From IMG/VR virus record IMGVR_UViG_3300008259_000147, positions 14,656 to 78,655 of that record: DNA of 64,000 bases. The stretch is one strand, 5' to 3'. The stretch comes from a virus. Positions within the stretch are counted from its first letter, which is position 1, and each line of letters begins with the position of its first letter. A program made the position numbers and the translations under genes. The notes under the pieces were generated by a model. The model made no database searches. It was not told the DNA's origin and worked only from the letters and a program-made list of their open reading frames with translations. This document shows positions 47,476 to 57,512 of the stretch, piece by piece.

Positions 47476-49559
47476 TATGAGTAAAAATATACTGCTGGTA
47501 CTGTAGTAGTTAACAATGATAAAGTTAATGCACTAGTATTTGCAGGAAGTGCTGCATAAGTAAATGTGCCACTATAATGTGTATAATTAGCATTGTTTCC
47601 GCCAGCAGGTGCTAAGCTGGCTAATGGATATAAGTTAGATACTGGATGACTGCTAAATGTAACATTTGCTACAGAGTTATTTACTGAACATAACCATGCT
47701 ACTCCTGCTGGTAAAGTTCCACTTAGACCTGTTAAAGTTTTTCCTGCTATTGAATCACATGTAAATTCACCACTATCTAATATTAAAGCACTAGGGTAAC
47801 CATTTACATCTGAATAAATTCCAAGTCTTCCTCTACTTCCTGCTGTACCTGCATTAGTTACATTGCACCCAAGCCTTGTAACAGTGATAGCATTTGCTAT
47901 GTATATTTTGTAAAATTTAATTATGTTTCCAGGTAATGAGATAGTAGATAAACTGCCACCACCTTGCACTCCTAAGTTCCAATAACCTGCTGTAACATAA
48001 TTAGGTTTGCTATTAAATGTAGTCCAATCAGTACTACTCAAATAACCATTAGTTGATGTTGTTGCTTGAGTAATAGCAAGAGTTCTATCAGAACTTAAAC
48101 TACCACCACCTGTTAAAGGTGCTGTTGTATTAATCAATAATGCAGGACTAACAGGTGTATAACCTAATATTGTCGCAATAGATGCAGTTTTCCATTGTGT
48201 AACTGCACTATCAAAATATAATGTATTTCTATCTGCAGGACTCTGAGCTTGTACATCATGCAACTCTTTTAACTCATAACCATTCTGTACTTTAACATAC
48301 ATTCTTCCTGCTGCACCATTTGATGCAGTAGTAACATAACCAAGATAAACTAAATGATTAGGAGCATATGGTTTTACATTGGTAATAGTTCCTGCTGTTG
48401 CACCTAAGTAGATATAATCTCCATCTGCCCATGTAGCTGTTGGAAACAATGTAAGTCCATCTAATTGTCCTTGTACTATAACAAGTCCTTTCTGATTAGC
48501 ACCAATAGATGTAGATTGAACTACACCAATTGTCTGAGCAGATGTTCCATCAGTTGTGTTGTATGCTAACTTAACTTTTATTCTATCTCCTTGTCCACCG
48601 AATACATATACAGGTTGACCTTTGTTGATGGTGATAGATTCAGCATTGGTTACATACGCAAGGAGAGTGTTAGGTGCTGTACCTATACATTGGAATCCTA
48701 CTAATGTAGCATTATATACTAATAGCATCTCTGCCCCATTCACAATATCACCACCAATTAATGCACCATCATTGTTTCTGTATAATGCAACCGCACCTAA
48801 TCCATTAATATCAATAGTTGCACTTGTTGTATTACCATTGATAAACCTAATCAGATAACAATCTCCATCTGCATAGCCTATTACTCCTGTAATAGTAGTT
48901 GTGTAAGTATCAGTTCCTGCTGCCGTTCCTTTAGTAATACTTCCACTAACATTAGCACTCAAAGTAGTGCCTGATAAAGTAAGACCTGACCCTACAGTAA
49001 TCTCTTCCATTATACCTGCTGTCACAGAGTTTCTACCTACTAACTTTCCTTTATCAACTGAAGAAGAAATATCAGGAGTAGTTCCTCCACTAGAAGTTAA
49101 TAGACCTGTTGCTGTTACTGCTGTAACTCCACCACCTCCACCTGAAGCAGCAATAGTAACATCTACTTTATTATTTGTAGGATCATCTACTGCAGTAATT
49201 GTAATATTAGTTCCTTCAATAAAGTTTAAAGTTGGTTCTTGCCCTACGTCTACTCCATTTTTCTGAACTTTTGTATCAGAACCACTTTGAAGCATTTTGA
49301 TTAATTGCTCTAATAAATCATCTCTATCAGTTGCAATAGGAAATGTACAATCTTTCCAATCTAACATGTAACAAGTTGGAACAATGTCTCTTGGATTTAC
49401 TACAAATTTGTTATAAACAAACTTATTAAAAGTTGCTAAAATAGTATAAGACTCATATGATTCATAATACATATCTGATTTACGAATAGCGTATTCTAAA
49501 TCACCATAGTTTAAGGTAATTGTTAATACATCAGATTCTGTTATAGACCAAGTTGACAT
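47475..49559 (-). CDS. Tail/head fibre protein (694 aa)
   Basis: LNFIEGTNITIT, GVTAVTATG, EEITVGSGLTLSGTTLS, TTAPLTGGG, TNGYLSSTDWTTFNSK fibre motifs; a cement-like INKGQPVY...TIGVV domain. Confidence 0.75.
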   Translation of the reverse strand: MSTWSITESDVLTITLNYGDLEYAIRKSDMYYESYESYTILATFNKFVYNKFVVNPRDIVPTCYMLDWKDCTFPIATDRDDLLEQLIKMLQSGSDTKVQKNGVDVGQEPTLNFIEGTNITITAVDDPTNNKVDVTIAASGGGGGVTAVTATGLLTSSGGTTPDISSSVDKGKLVGRNSVTAGIMEEITVGSGLTLSGTTLSANVSGSITKGTAAGTDTYTTTITGVIGYADGDCYLIRFINGNTTSATIDINGLGAVALYRNNDGALIGGDIVNGAEMLLVYNATLVGFQCIGTAPNTLLAYVTNAESITINKGQPVYVFGGQGDRIKVKLAYNTTDGTSAQTIGVVQSTSIGANQKGLVIVQGQLDGLTLFPTATWADGDYIYLGATAGTITNVKPYAPNHLVYLGYVTTASNGAAGRMYVKVQNGYELKELHDVQAQSPADRNTLYFDSAVTQWKTASIATILGYTPVSPALLINTTAPLTGGGSLSSDRTLAITQATTSTNGYLSSTDWTTFNSKPNYVTAGYWNLGVQGGGSLSTISLPGNIIKFYKIYIANAITVTRLGCNVTNAGTAGSRGRLGIYSDVNGYPSALILDSGEFTCDSIAGKTLTGLSGTLPAGVAWLCSVNNSVANVTFSSHPVSNLYPLASLAPAGGNNANYTHYSGTFTYAALPANTSALTLSLLTTTVPAVYFYS

Positions 49560-50182
49560 TATGGAATGCTTACAGTTATTGTTGTTGGTGGAACCACCAC
49601 CTCTGTAGGTAGTGTACCAGTTAGTGTTATATAATCATATCTGAGTACTGCAGTAACTCTAACATCAAAATCAGTGGCTGCAGTAACACCTGTTGTAACA
49701 TTTAGTGCATATCCTGGGTAAGGATTAGTACCCCAATAAGTTAGTATTGTACTTTTTGGAATTGTAATACTATACCAAGGACCTATAGACAATACATCTT
49801 TATATTCTAAGATATACTCTTTTAAAGAATCTCCACTCAATTGATCAATGTAACAATCCCAACTCACATCAATAGAAGGTCCTGCTGCAGCAGTAGCTAC
49901 AAGAGGAACAGCAGCAGTTGGATTAATTAAGTATTGATAATCACCAATTTGAGGAGTCAAACTACCAGGACATAATGTAGATACTCTTACACTATAAATT
50001 CTGTGAGATAACAGTGGAGCAGTTGTATAGGTATAGACAGTGTTAATTGCAGGGTTTGTAATAGTATTTACTGTAGACCAAACCCCAGCAATATTTGATT
50101 TAAAAGCCAAAGTAAGAGCAGCTATTGTAGCTGCTCCCACTGGTATTTCATATTTTACATCATATGTTGTTGTACTTGCCAT
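49559..50182 (-). CDS. Two-FN3-like-domain structural protein (207 aa)
   Basis: IYSVRVSTLC; IDVSW...YILEYK...W...TDFDVRVTA. Confidence 0.55.
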   Translation of the reverse strand: MASTTTYDVKYEIPVGAATIAALTLAFKSNIAGVWSTVNTITNPAINTVYTYTTAPLLSHRIYSVRVSTLCPGSLTPQIGDYQYLINPTAAVPLVATAAAGPSIDVSWDCYIDQLSGDSLKEYILEYKDVLSIGPWYSITIPKSTILTYWGTNPYPGYALNVTTGVTAATDFDVRVTAVLRYDYITLTGTLPTEVVVPPTTITVSIP

Positions 50183-50185
50183 AGT

Positions 50186-51271
50186 TTAAGGATTTACAAC
50201 TATTGAAGTAATATCAGGTGCTGCACAAGAAAGTGTATCTGGTACAGGAATAATTACTTGTTGAACATCTCCATCACATAATGGAGCTAATGTACAAATT
50301 GCTGTTACAGTTACTGAGTAATCACCACCTGAAGGCATATTAGCTGTGAAGTAAGTAAGATTAGTTACAGGATCTGGAGCATAAGGAACAAATACACCAT
50401 TAGGACAATTAAGTACACATGCGCCTGTGCTATCTTGAACTAACACATTGTATCCTAGTGGAACATCACCTATAGTTAAAATTCCAATTGCTAATTCTAA
50501 TGGATCAACTGTACCACTTTGTTTAGCAGGAGTAACAGTAAGTGTATTGTTACAAATACAAGATGAAGAAGGAAGTGTTAATATGGTAAATGGACCAGTC
50601 TCACAAGACACTCCTCCGAACTCTGCAGTAATGTAAACTTCAAACGAATGATTTGAAGGAAGTTCCATTGCAGGAGGAGGTGTGGTTACAACACCACCTA
50701 CATTCTCACTAAATGCAGAAGTATTTACTGCAAAAGATGCATTACCACTTAATGGATTTTGTGTTTGCCAAGTATAAAAAGTAGCAGGAGAAGAATTGCT
50801 ATCATTCATTCTAATGCTATAATTATAATCTTTTAGACCAAACCAATTTATAGAAAATCCAGTGTCAGTGATATTTGTAAATGTTACTTGCTCAACTGAT
50901 GTTATAGCATCACAAGGAACACCACAATCCACCATACAAACCAAATTAGAAAACATTTCAAATAGCATTGGTACATTTTCTATCTGAAACAATGTACCAC
51001 CAATCACATCAGGATTAGTGGGACAAGCTGTAGTAGTAAGTTGTTGATATACAGTTGTTAATGTCGTATTTACATTTATGTCTACACCAACAGTAGTTGT
51101 ATTACCACTTGGTTGTGTATATGTAAGTTGACAATTAGAGTCTACTGTACTTAGAACACAATCACTGAGAACATAATCTTCGCAGGCAGCAGTTGCAGGA
51201 CAAGTAGGTGGTGGTGCTAGTGGTACTGTAGGTACTGGAGCACATTGTTGACAGTTGTTATTATTTGACAT
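50186..51271 (-). CDS. Cys-rich fibre-associated protein with FN3-like domains (361 aa)
   Basis: About 18 Cys; N-terminal C..(x7)C V..C domain similar to the N-terminus of the 1070-aa neighbour; TNITDTGFSINW...SFEVYITA FN3-like. Confidence 0.55.
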   Translation of the reverse strand: MSNNNNCQQCAPVPTVPLAPPPTCPATAACEDYVLSDCVLSTVDSNCQLTYTQPSGNTTTVGVDINVNTTLTTVYQQLTTTACPTNPDVIGGTLFQIENVPMLFEMFSNLVCMVDCGVPCDAITSVEQVTFTNITDTGFSINWFGLKDYNYSIRMNDSNSSPATFYTWQTQNPLSGNASFAVNTSAFSENVGGVVTTPPPAMELPSNHSFEVYITAEFGGVSCETGPFTILTLPSSSCICNNTLTVTPAKQSGTVDPLELAIGILTIGDVPLGYNVLVQDSTGACVLNCPNGVFVPYAPDPVTNLTYFTANMPSGGDYSVTVTAICTLAPLCDGDVQQVIIPVPDTLSCAAPDITSIVVNP

Positions 51272-51293
51272 TTTTTAGTGTGTTATATGTTAA

Positions 51294-54200
51294 TTAACAT
51301 GATAATGATGAACCTGATATTTCCCATTCTATAGTTGAATCTCCTGTAACAACAAATTCAATTATTTTATTTGTTGACGAATTAGCAGCAGCTGCAGGAA
51401 AATATGTAGTATTTCCCCATAAGAAACAACCTGCCCCAAATCCAGCTACACCTATTTTACAATAATCGTAATCTGCATGAACTTTGGTATCACATGCCAC
51501 AAGTGGTCCTAATACACCAGGATAAGGATCTTGTGTAATAGTTACTTTACCATATGTATTACTACTTGCACCAGGTCCTCCTGAAATTGCTTGATAATCA
51601 GGATTTTGATTATTATTCTCAACTCCAGAAGACCATTCAATTGTAATTTTATCTCTAAGTTGTAAACCAATACCTGTCATTGTAAATCCAGTTGTTCCAA
51701 TATTTGATAAACCAGCATTTAACCAATCAGATGTAACATAATACACTGAATTTGCAGGTGTTACATAATTTGTTCCATTCCATTTTTGAATTATTATTTT
51801 CAAGAATACAGGAACTCCAACAGGCCCACCTACAGGTGTAAGTGGAGAATTATCAGTAAAATTAGAAGTATAGGTTGTAGGTCTTGAATTAGCTGTAAGA
51901 TAATTACCTACACCCCATGCAAGTGTTTTAGTGTTATAAGTTAATGTAATAGGTACACCTAAAGCTACTCCTGGAGTATTTTGAACACTTGGTCCAGGGA
52001 AATAAATTAAACTATTATCTGCAAGATATCCATTAGTATCTTTAATTATAACTTTTAAATTAGGACTTGCAGCATTATTTAATCTATGTAATGCTGGATT
52101 TATAGAGATCTGAATTGGATTAGGATCTACATTAGGATCATATCCAACAGGAATAACAAGAGGATAATAAGTTGGTGAAGGAACAGGTGTAGGTGTGTTA
52201 TCTAAGATAGTACTTGCATTTCCAGGCTGTGTTGCTGGACCACCACCATTAATAATATTATCTATTGATGTAGGACCAGTATATCCTAGATATGTAGAAT
52301 CTCCTGAGATTTGACAATCAATGTAATCATAACATCCTGTTTTAGTATATACGTTTTCAAGATCTGTAAAGTATAATCCAGCTGTACCACCTGATTGATA
52401 CTTGTACAATGAAGGAGGTCCCCAACATCTTGTACCTGCAATTATATCACATGGTGTAGTAGTTACAGGAACATCTGTTATATAAGGAGTATTTAATGCA
52501 AATCCAAATTCAGTACCTTCTTTAGCAAATACAGTTACAATTGTTGTTTGATTAGGTATGAATTGAAGTGTATCTCCAAAGTTTTGAGAAAGATCACCAG
52601 GAGGAACTGTAGATTGAGGAATTAAAGTAAGATCTCCATCCATTACACAAGCATCTGATGCTGATGATGATAATGTAATTTCAATTGGAATATATGTTGT
52701 AAATGGTGCAGTAGTTGTCCAACTACTAGCCCCACAGTTGTATAAAATTCTTATAGCAATGTAATATGATGAATTAGGAAGAATTACATCTGTTTCAAAG
52801 AAATTAGGGCAACCACCTAAACAATCTCCTAAAGGCAATACATTATCTGTATTAGAATAGATGTATAAGTAAGAACTAGGATAATTTGCATAATCTATTG
52901 TTCCAATTGCTAATGGAGTTCCGCCAATTGGAGTTGCTGAATCATAAACTGCAATTTCAAAATATTCAGCAATTGTTCCTCCTGAAGGCCATGGTGGTGG
53001 TGGTGGTGTATATGAAACAGTTACTCCATCAAAACCAACAGCAACTGTACTAAGAGTTGACAATGGTTGAATATCACAAATAGCAGGAATTACTAAATCT
53101 AAACTATAATTACAAATAGAGTAATCTGGTGCAACAATGTATCCTGATATGTTTAAATCCCAATTATCAAGTGGATTTAATGCAGGATTTGATCCTGAAG
53201 GAACTAATAAATTTATAAGTTCTTTATAATTACCTGGTATAAATAAATCAGAAACAGGAGTATCTATAAAAGTAGAAGTGTTACCAGATGCATCTTGTAT
53301 AGTAATAGTGTATGGTAAATTACCATCATATGTTGTTAATGGACCTGCTCCAAAACCTGGAGGAGTAGGTACACTAGAATTCGCAGATATATTAGCACCA
53401 TACCAATCAATAAAACCACCAGCAAGAATAACCCATAAAGTACTTCTAGAACCTCCTGATGATGGAGGTAATCCTGCAGCTACATCCCAGTCAACAGCTG
53501 CACATAAACTTGGGCAGCATGTTGTCTTTACAATATTTGCAAAGTTTCTAAGATCACAAATAGCAACCCACATATTTGTTAACACTTCTTGTACTGTTGA
53601 AGCATTTGCAATAGCTCCTAACTCACCAAGTGTAGCTGGTGGAGGAGACATTGCAGGATATAGCCCTAATGGAACTGCTGTATCAATTGTTGTATTACAA
53701 TCTGCATTACTATTAATGTTATAACTTGTTAATGTAGAAAGAGGGTTTCCATTTACCAACGCATCTTTGATATCGCAAAGTAAAATTGCCATATCAGGAA
53801 TTGCACCAACAGTAGGATCATTAGGATCAACCATTGGTTGAGGAGCTGTGTTATTATTAACACAATCTGGAACAACCACTGAAGGTAATGCACCAGCAGC
53901 TTGATTTATTAGATTATCTACATCAGCTCTTAAGTCTGCAATTTCAGACTCAGCTGTTGTCATTCTACAGAATAACTCACAAATTAGAGTTGCAAAGTAT
54001 TGTACTGCAGGAGATGTTTGACCATCAGCACTAATAAGTAACAATTTAGTTACCTCATTGCCATTACTATCTGTATATGAAAGAGTGATTGGATCACCAT
54101 TTGCATCTTCTGCAGGACAATTTGCAATAATTGCATCACAGTCAGGAAGATCTACATATGTAGGAACAGATCCTGTATTCTGTAAAATATTTACTTCTTG

Positions 54201-54506
54201 ATCTATTTCACATAACTTAGTAATAATAACTTGTGTAAGCTCCTGAATATTTTGAGGAGCTGTTCCTCCAGCAGGTGGAGTTAGACATGCAAGATCAATC
54301 ATGTTGATATTAAGCATGTCTAGTAAATCACAAAGTGCTTTAGCTGTATGATATACAACTACCTCTATTGATTGTCCTTTACATAGATTAACACCAAGAC
54401 AATTAATATCTGGCCCATCCCAAATGACACATTTGGAACTAGTCTCTGAACATTTTCCTAATTGATTATTATTACCTGAACTACCTAATGGTTGCGGAAT
54501 AATCAT
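51294..54506 (-). CDS. Cys-rich tail fibre/hub-attached protein (1070 aa)
   Basis: N-terminal CSETSSKCVIWDGPDINCLGVNLCKG, short Cys-containing coiled coils (LCEID, NMWVAICDLR), FN3-like ILPNSSYYIAIRILYNC. Confidence 0.6.
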   Translation of the reverse strand: MIIPQPLGSSGNNNQLGKCSETSSKCVIWDGPDINCLGVNLCKGQSIEVVVYHTAKALCDLLDMLNINMIDLACLTPPAGGTAPQNIQELTQVIITKLCEIDQEVNILQNTGSVPTYVDLPDCDAIIANCPAEDANGDPITLSYTDSNGNEVTKLLLISADGQTSPAVQYFATLICELFCRMTTAESEIADLRADVDNLINQAAGALPSVVVPDCVNNNTAPQPMVDPNDPTVGAIPDMAILLCDIKDALVNGNPLSTLTSYNINSNADCNTTIDTAVPLGLYPAMSPPPATLGELGAIANASTVQEVLTNMWVAICDLRNFANIVKTTCCPSLCAAVDWDVAAGLPPSSGGSRSTLWVILAGGFIDWYGANISANSSVPTPPGFGAGPLTTYDGNLPYTITIQDASGNTSTFIDTPVSDLFIPGNYKELINLLVPSGSNPALNPLDNWDLNISGYIVAPDYSICNYSLDLVIPAICDIQPLSTLSTVAVGFDGVTVSYTPPPPPWPSGGTIAEYFEIAVYDSATPIGGTPLAIGTIDYANYPSSYLYIYSNTDNVLPLGDCLGGCPNFFETDVILPNSSYYIAIRILYNCGASSWTTTAPFTTYIPIEITLSSSASDACVMDGDLTLIPQSTVPPGDLSQNFGDTLQFIPNQTTIVTVFAKEGTEFGFALNTPYITDVPVTTTPCDIIAGTRCWGPPSLYKYQSGGTAGLYFTDLENVYTKTGCYDYIDCQISGDSTYLGYTGPTSIDNIINGGGPATQPGNASTILDNTPTPVPSPTYYPLVIPVGYDPNVDPNPIQISINPALHRLNNAASPNLKVIIKDTNGYLADNSLIYFPGPSVQNTPGVALGVPITLTYNTKTLAWGVGNYLTANSRPTTYTSNFTDNSPLTPVGGPVGVPVFLKIIIQKWNGTNYVTPANSVYYVTSDWLNAGLSNIGTTGFTMTGIGLQLRDKITIEWSSGVENNNQNPDYQAISGGPGASSNTYGKVTITQDPYPGVLGPLVACDTKVHADYDYCKIGVAGFGAGCFLWGNTTYFPAAAANSSTNKIIEFVVTGDSTIEWEISGSSLSC

Positions 54507-54627
54507 ATCCTATCTTGCAGGTACTCATGCCATACATATCACGCTTATATCTATTCATAGCTTCGTTAGATAACATGATGTCAATCTTAACATCAGTAGG
54601 AGTAGAAAGTGTGATTGTGCAACTCAT
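54481..54627 (-). CDS. Short ORF (48 aa) MSCTITLSTPTDVKIDIMLSNEAMNRYKRDMYGMSTCKIGYDYSATIR, possibly a truncated tail-hub subunit
   Basis: ATGA-coupled to the upstream 52-aa ORF; below the ORF-track cutoff; overlaps the next start by 26 nt and ends in TAG. Confidence 0.45.
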   Translation of the reverse strand: MSCTITLSTPTDVKIDIMLSNEAMNRYKRDMYGMSTCKIGYDYSATIR

Positions 54628-54782
54628 TTTTGTGTTTGTTGATTTTGCTGGTTAGCTTTAATTGTTGCTTCTAATCTAGCTAGACATTTAGTACAGCATT
54701 TAGTACCATTAGAAGCTGTTGTGATTTTGGCTCCTGCACAACCAGTGCATGGGATACCACAGTTAGGACATGAAATTGCCAT
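54624..54782 (-). CDS. Small Cys-rich (zinc-finger-like) protein, 52 aa
   Basis: Manual translation MAISCPNCGIPCTGCAGAKITTASNGTKCCTKCLARLEATIKANQQNQQTQK; fills the gap and has an AAAACCAACA leader. Confidence 0.7.
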   Translation of the reverse strand: MAISCPNCGIPCTGCAGAKITTASNGTKCCTKCLARLEATIKANQQNQQTQK

Positions 54783-54804
54783 TTGTTATGTTGGTTTTAA
54801 GTTG

Positions 54805-55431
54805 TTAACAATTTGAGCAGCACGTTCTCTCCCAATTATTCATAAGCTTAATTGCATAATCATACATAGCTTGTCCTTCCTTAGGAGCATGACATATTTC
54901 TACTTTTGCTTTAGCAGCATCAAGATACATTTTGATTACATGTAATTCATCAATCATTCTCAATGTTTCTGCTGAAGGAAGACAATCACTAAGTCTCAAT
55001 TTGCATAATAAACTTGCATATTTATTAAGAGCGAGTGTGGTTCGAAGATAATAATATTTTGCAGATGAAGTAGCACAAGGCTTAACACAATATTCAATTG
55101 TCCATAATCCATCAGGAAGATTAGATAATGTGTCTCCAACACTTTGAATACATAGAAATATATTATCTATTGTAAATACAAACTTTGGAGTTCCTGTGTA
55201 AGGATTTGGGTTTGTGGGAAGCAAATGATATACATCATCAGGGTTTGCACTTGGAGGCGGTAATGTACCTTGACTAAAGTACAGTGGCCCACTTGTGCCT
55301 GGAATTGTTATAGCAAGAGTAGGACAAGTCACTGGTACTCCACTTGCATAATTGCTTGTGTCAATAACTGTAAAATTATTAGGATTACAACCATCGACTA
55401 TGTTTAAGGATAATTGGTGTTTTAGTGCCAT
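54805..55431 (-). CDS. Putative tail hub protein (208 aa)
   Basis: VIDTSNY...LAITIPG...LPDGLWTIEY...YLRT motifs of crAss-like hub proteins; follows the auxiliary capsid gene. Confidence 0.55.
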   Translation of the reverse strand: MALKHQLSLNIVDGCNPNNFTVIDTSNYASGVPVTCPTLAITIPGTSGPLYFSQGTLPPPSANPDDVYHLLPTNPNPYTGTPKFVFTIDNIFLCIQSVGDTLSNLPDGLWTIEYCVKPCATSSAKYYYLRTTLALNKYASLLCKLRLSDCLPSAETLRMIDELHVIKMYLDAAKAKVEICHAPKEGQAMYDYAIKLMNNWERTCCSNC

Positions 55432-55443
55432 TGTATACTGCTC

Positions 55444-55461
55444 TTATTATAATTTAGTGAA
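55444..55461 (-). promoter_or_regulatory. Putative late promoter (TTCACTAAATTATAATAA)
   Basis: Shared motif directly downstream of a terminator. Confidence 0.4.
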
Positions 55462-55469
55462 TTTTTTTA

Positions 55470-55515
55470 AAATAAGAAAGGGGAAGGAGAGTAAAAACTC
55501 CCACTCCCCCTTCTT
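55470..55515 (-). terminator. Intrinsic terminator after the 436-aa gene
   Basis: AAGAAGGGGGAGTGGGAGT-TTTT-ACTCTCCTTCCCCTTTCTT hairpin followed by ATTTT. Confidence 0.7.
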
Positions 55516-55531
55516 AGGATTATAACTATGA

Positions 55532-56842
55532 TTAGATTGCTTCTTCTAATTGAACCCCATTACCTGCAAGAGCAAGGTATTGATTCATCCAAAGTTCAAA
55601 ATCTTCATTACGAGTGTTCTCAGTACAACCATCAGATGGCATCACAATAGTGATCAAATATTGATCATTATCAAATGTACTAGTAGGGTTGTTGAAACGA
55701 GGCACACTATGTAAGATTCCATAAGCTGTGTAGAAGTTAGTACCAACAATGTAGTTATAAACTTGATCTTGGTTCATTACTTCACGTAATCTTGGATCAT
55801 ATACATATTGTTCTTGCATGTAGCGTCTGAACAAGATAGCATCACGAAGATATTTGTGTCCATATCCATTACCTTGTTTAGCTTGTGTAGCTGCATTTTC
55901 AGTACAGAAGATTTGGTCTACACAAGGATCTCCTTGTTGATCTGTGATAGAAGCATAGATTTTAACTGGTGCTAATTCATAGAAATCTTGTGGATGGAAT
56001 GAACAAGTACCAAATTGAGTATCTACATAAGATCCATGTAATTTAATACACATTTCTGTAGAAACAGTTGTTCCAGGAACATAACCAGTACCTGTAGTAA
56101 CATTAGCAGTAGTTTGGATATACGTGAATAAATCAGCAGGTGTATCTAATGGATTTGCAGCCCACCAATCTTGAGCATCTTGATATGATAATGTTCCAGT
56201 AGCCCAAGTAATTTCAGGAGCAATGAAATTATTCATAATCGGATCTCTTAAGATCTGCCATGCCCAATCAGTAAATATTCTCATTGGATCTACTGCAGTT
56301 GGATCATTAGGATCAGCAGGGCAGCAAATGTTGTCAGATGCATAAGTTCTATAAGCATTGTGAGTTAAGAAACGTAATGCTGGAGAACCTTTAACATCAA
56401 CACGTAAATAGTAAGAAGTTCCACATTGAACATCTGGACCACAAGCACATACATTAGTAATTTCTGCTACTGGACACGTAGGTACATTGTAGAAGAATCT
56501 AGATACATACTTAGGATTAATTCCTTTAGTCTTTACAGACTCTTTGTAACCACCTGCAAATGGACCAAGTTTATCAACTGTGTTGATAGAACCTTGAGCT
56601 AAATACACCATTGGTAAATCCTGAAGTGTAAAAGTAAGTGGTGAATTGTCAGTAATGTCAATTACTGTGTTTGCACTAAATGGATTAGTTCCAGTTGTTG
56701 TTAGACTAGCTATAACTGAAACTGCACCTGCAGGTACATTAATAGATGTAATAGGTGCTGCAGGCGGTGCTGGTTGAGCTGGAGTGTAGATACCTCCATC
56801 TGTTGCAATCAGGGTTTTCTGATAGGCATGATTAAAATACAT
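55532..56842 (-). CDS. Putative auxiliary capsid / major structural protein (436 aa)
   Basis: Has its own promoter motif and terminator (highly expressed unit); YFNHAY, GGYKESVKTKGINPKY, YYLRVDVKGSPALRFL, HSVPRFNNPTSTFDNDQYL; synteny with crAss auxiliary capsid genes. Confidence 0.55.
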   Translation of the reverse strand: MYFNHAYQKTLIATDGGIYTPAQPAPPAAPITSINVPAGAVSVIASLTTTGTNPFSANTVIDITDNSPLTFTLQDLPMVYLAQGSINTVDKLGPFAGGYKESVKTKGINPKYVSRFFYNVPTCPVAEITNVCACGPDVQCGTSYYLRVDVKGSPALRFLTHNAYRTYASDNICCPADPNDPTAVDPMRIFTDWAWQILRDPIMNNFIAPEITWATGTLSYQDAQDWWAANPLDTPADLFTYIQTTANVTTGTGYVPGTTVSTEMCIKLHGSYVDTQFGTCSFHPQDFYELAPVKIYASITDQQGDPCVDQIFCTENAATQAKQGNGYGHKYLRDAILFRRYMQEQYVYDPRLREVMNQDQVYNYIVGTNFYTAYGILHSVPRFNNPTSTFDNDQYLITIVMPSDGCTENTRNEDFELWMNQYLALAGNGVQLEEAI

Positions 56843-56875
56843 AGTTTTTTGTTTTTAAAGGGTTTATAATAAGAT

Positions 56876-56895
56876 ATAATAGAATATAAGCAATT
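56876..56895 (-). promoter_or_regulatory. Putative late promoter (TTGCTTATATTCTATTAT)
   Basis: Shared TT-n3-TAWATT motif. Confidence 0.4.
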
Positions 56896-56915
56896 ATTTT
56901 AAATTATCCAAATTT

Positions 56916-57512
56916 TTATAAGTAATCTTTCATTTCATGGTCAAGCAATCTCATTGCAATCTTGTCTTCACCAAATGCAAGCAATTGATCCATCCAGTTC
57001 TGCATCTTAGCATGTTCTTCTACTTGCTCTTTAAGATATTCTAAACCAAGTTGATATAACATATGATCTCCCATGCTCAAAGCATGAGAAGATAATTCTT
57101 TAATTTGAGTGGTTACATCAATCTCATGCTGATAAGAATCTTTAATGATTTGAGGTAATCCTGTGAAGTTTTGCTCAGGCTGCTCTAGTTCTGCAGTTGC
57201 TGGCTGCACACCCATTGCTAGTAAATACTCTCTAGCAAGATCTGCGTGTTTCATTTCCTCATCAGAGTATTTTCTCCACAACTTTCCTCCATTCACATAG
57301 CCATTATTATCTAGCCATAAAGACATAGATAGATAAATTCTACCAGAATATTCTTCTTGTTGAACTCTATAATTAAGATGATTTAGACATTCATCAGATA
57401 AAAGGATATTTTTATTTTTTGTTGTAGGCTTAGCTATAGTCTCACTTGCTTCTGAATCAGAAGTAGTTTTAGACATAGTTCTTAACACTCTTTTTATAAT
57501 AGGTTTTTCCAT
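56916..57512 (-). CDS. Ferritin (non-haem, FtnA-like) with about 35-aa N-terminal extension
   Basis: LN..VQQEEYS..IYLSMS.W, EEMKHA, HEIDVT, EQVEE and LLDHEM ferroxidase-centre pattern. Confidence 0.85.
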   Translation of the reverse strand: MEKPIIKRVLRTMSKTTSDSEASETIAKPTTKNKNILLSDECLNHLNYRVQQEEYSGRIYLSMSLWLDNNGYVNGGKLWRKYSDEEMKHADLAREYLLAMGVQPATAELEQPEQNFTGLPQIIKDSYQHEIDVTTQIKELSSHALSMGDHMLYQLGLEYLKEQVEEHAKMQNWMDQLLAFGEDKIAMRLLDHEMKDYL

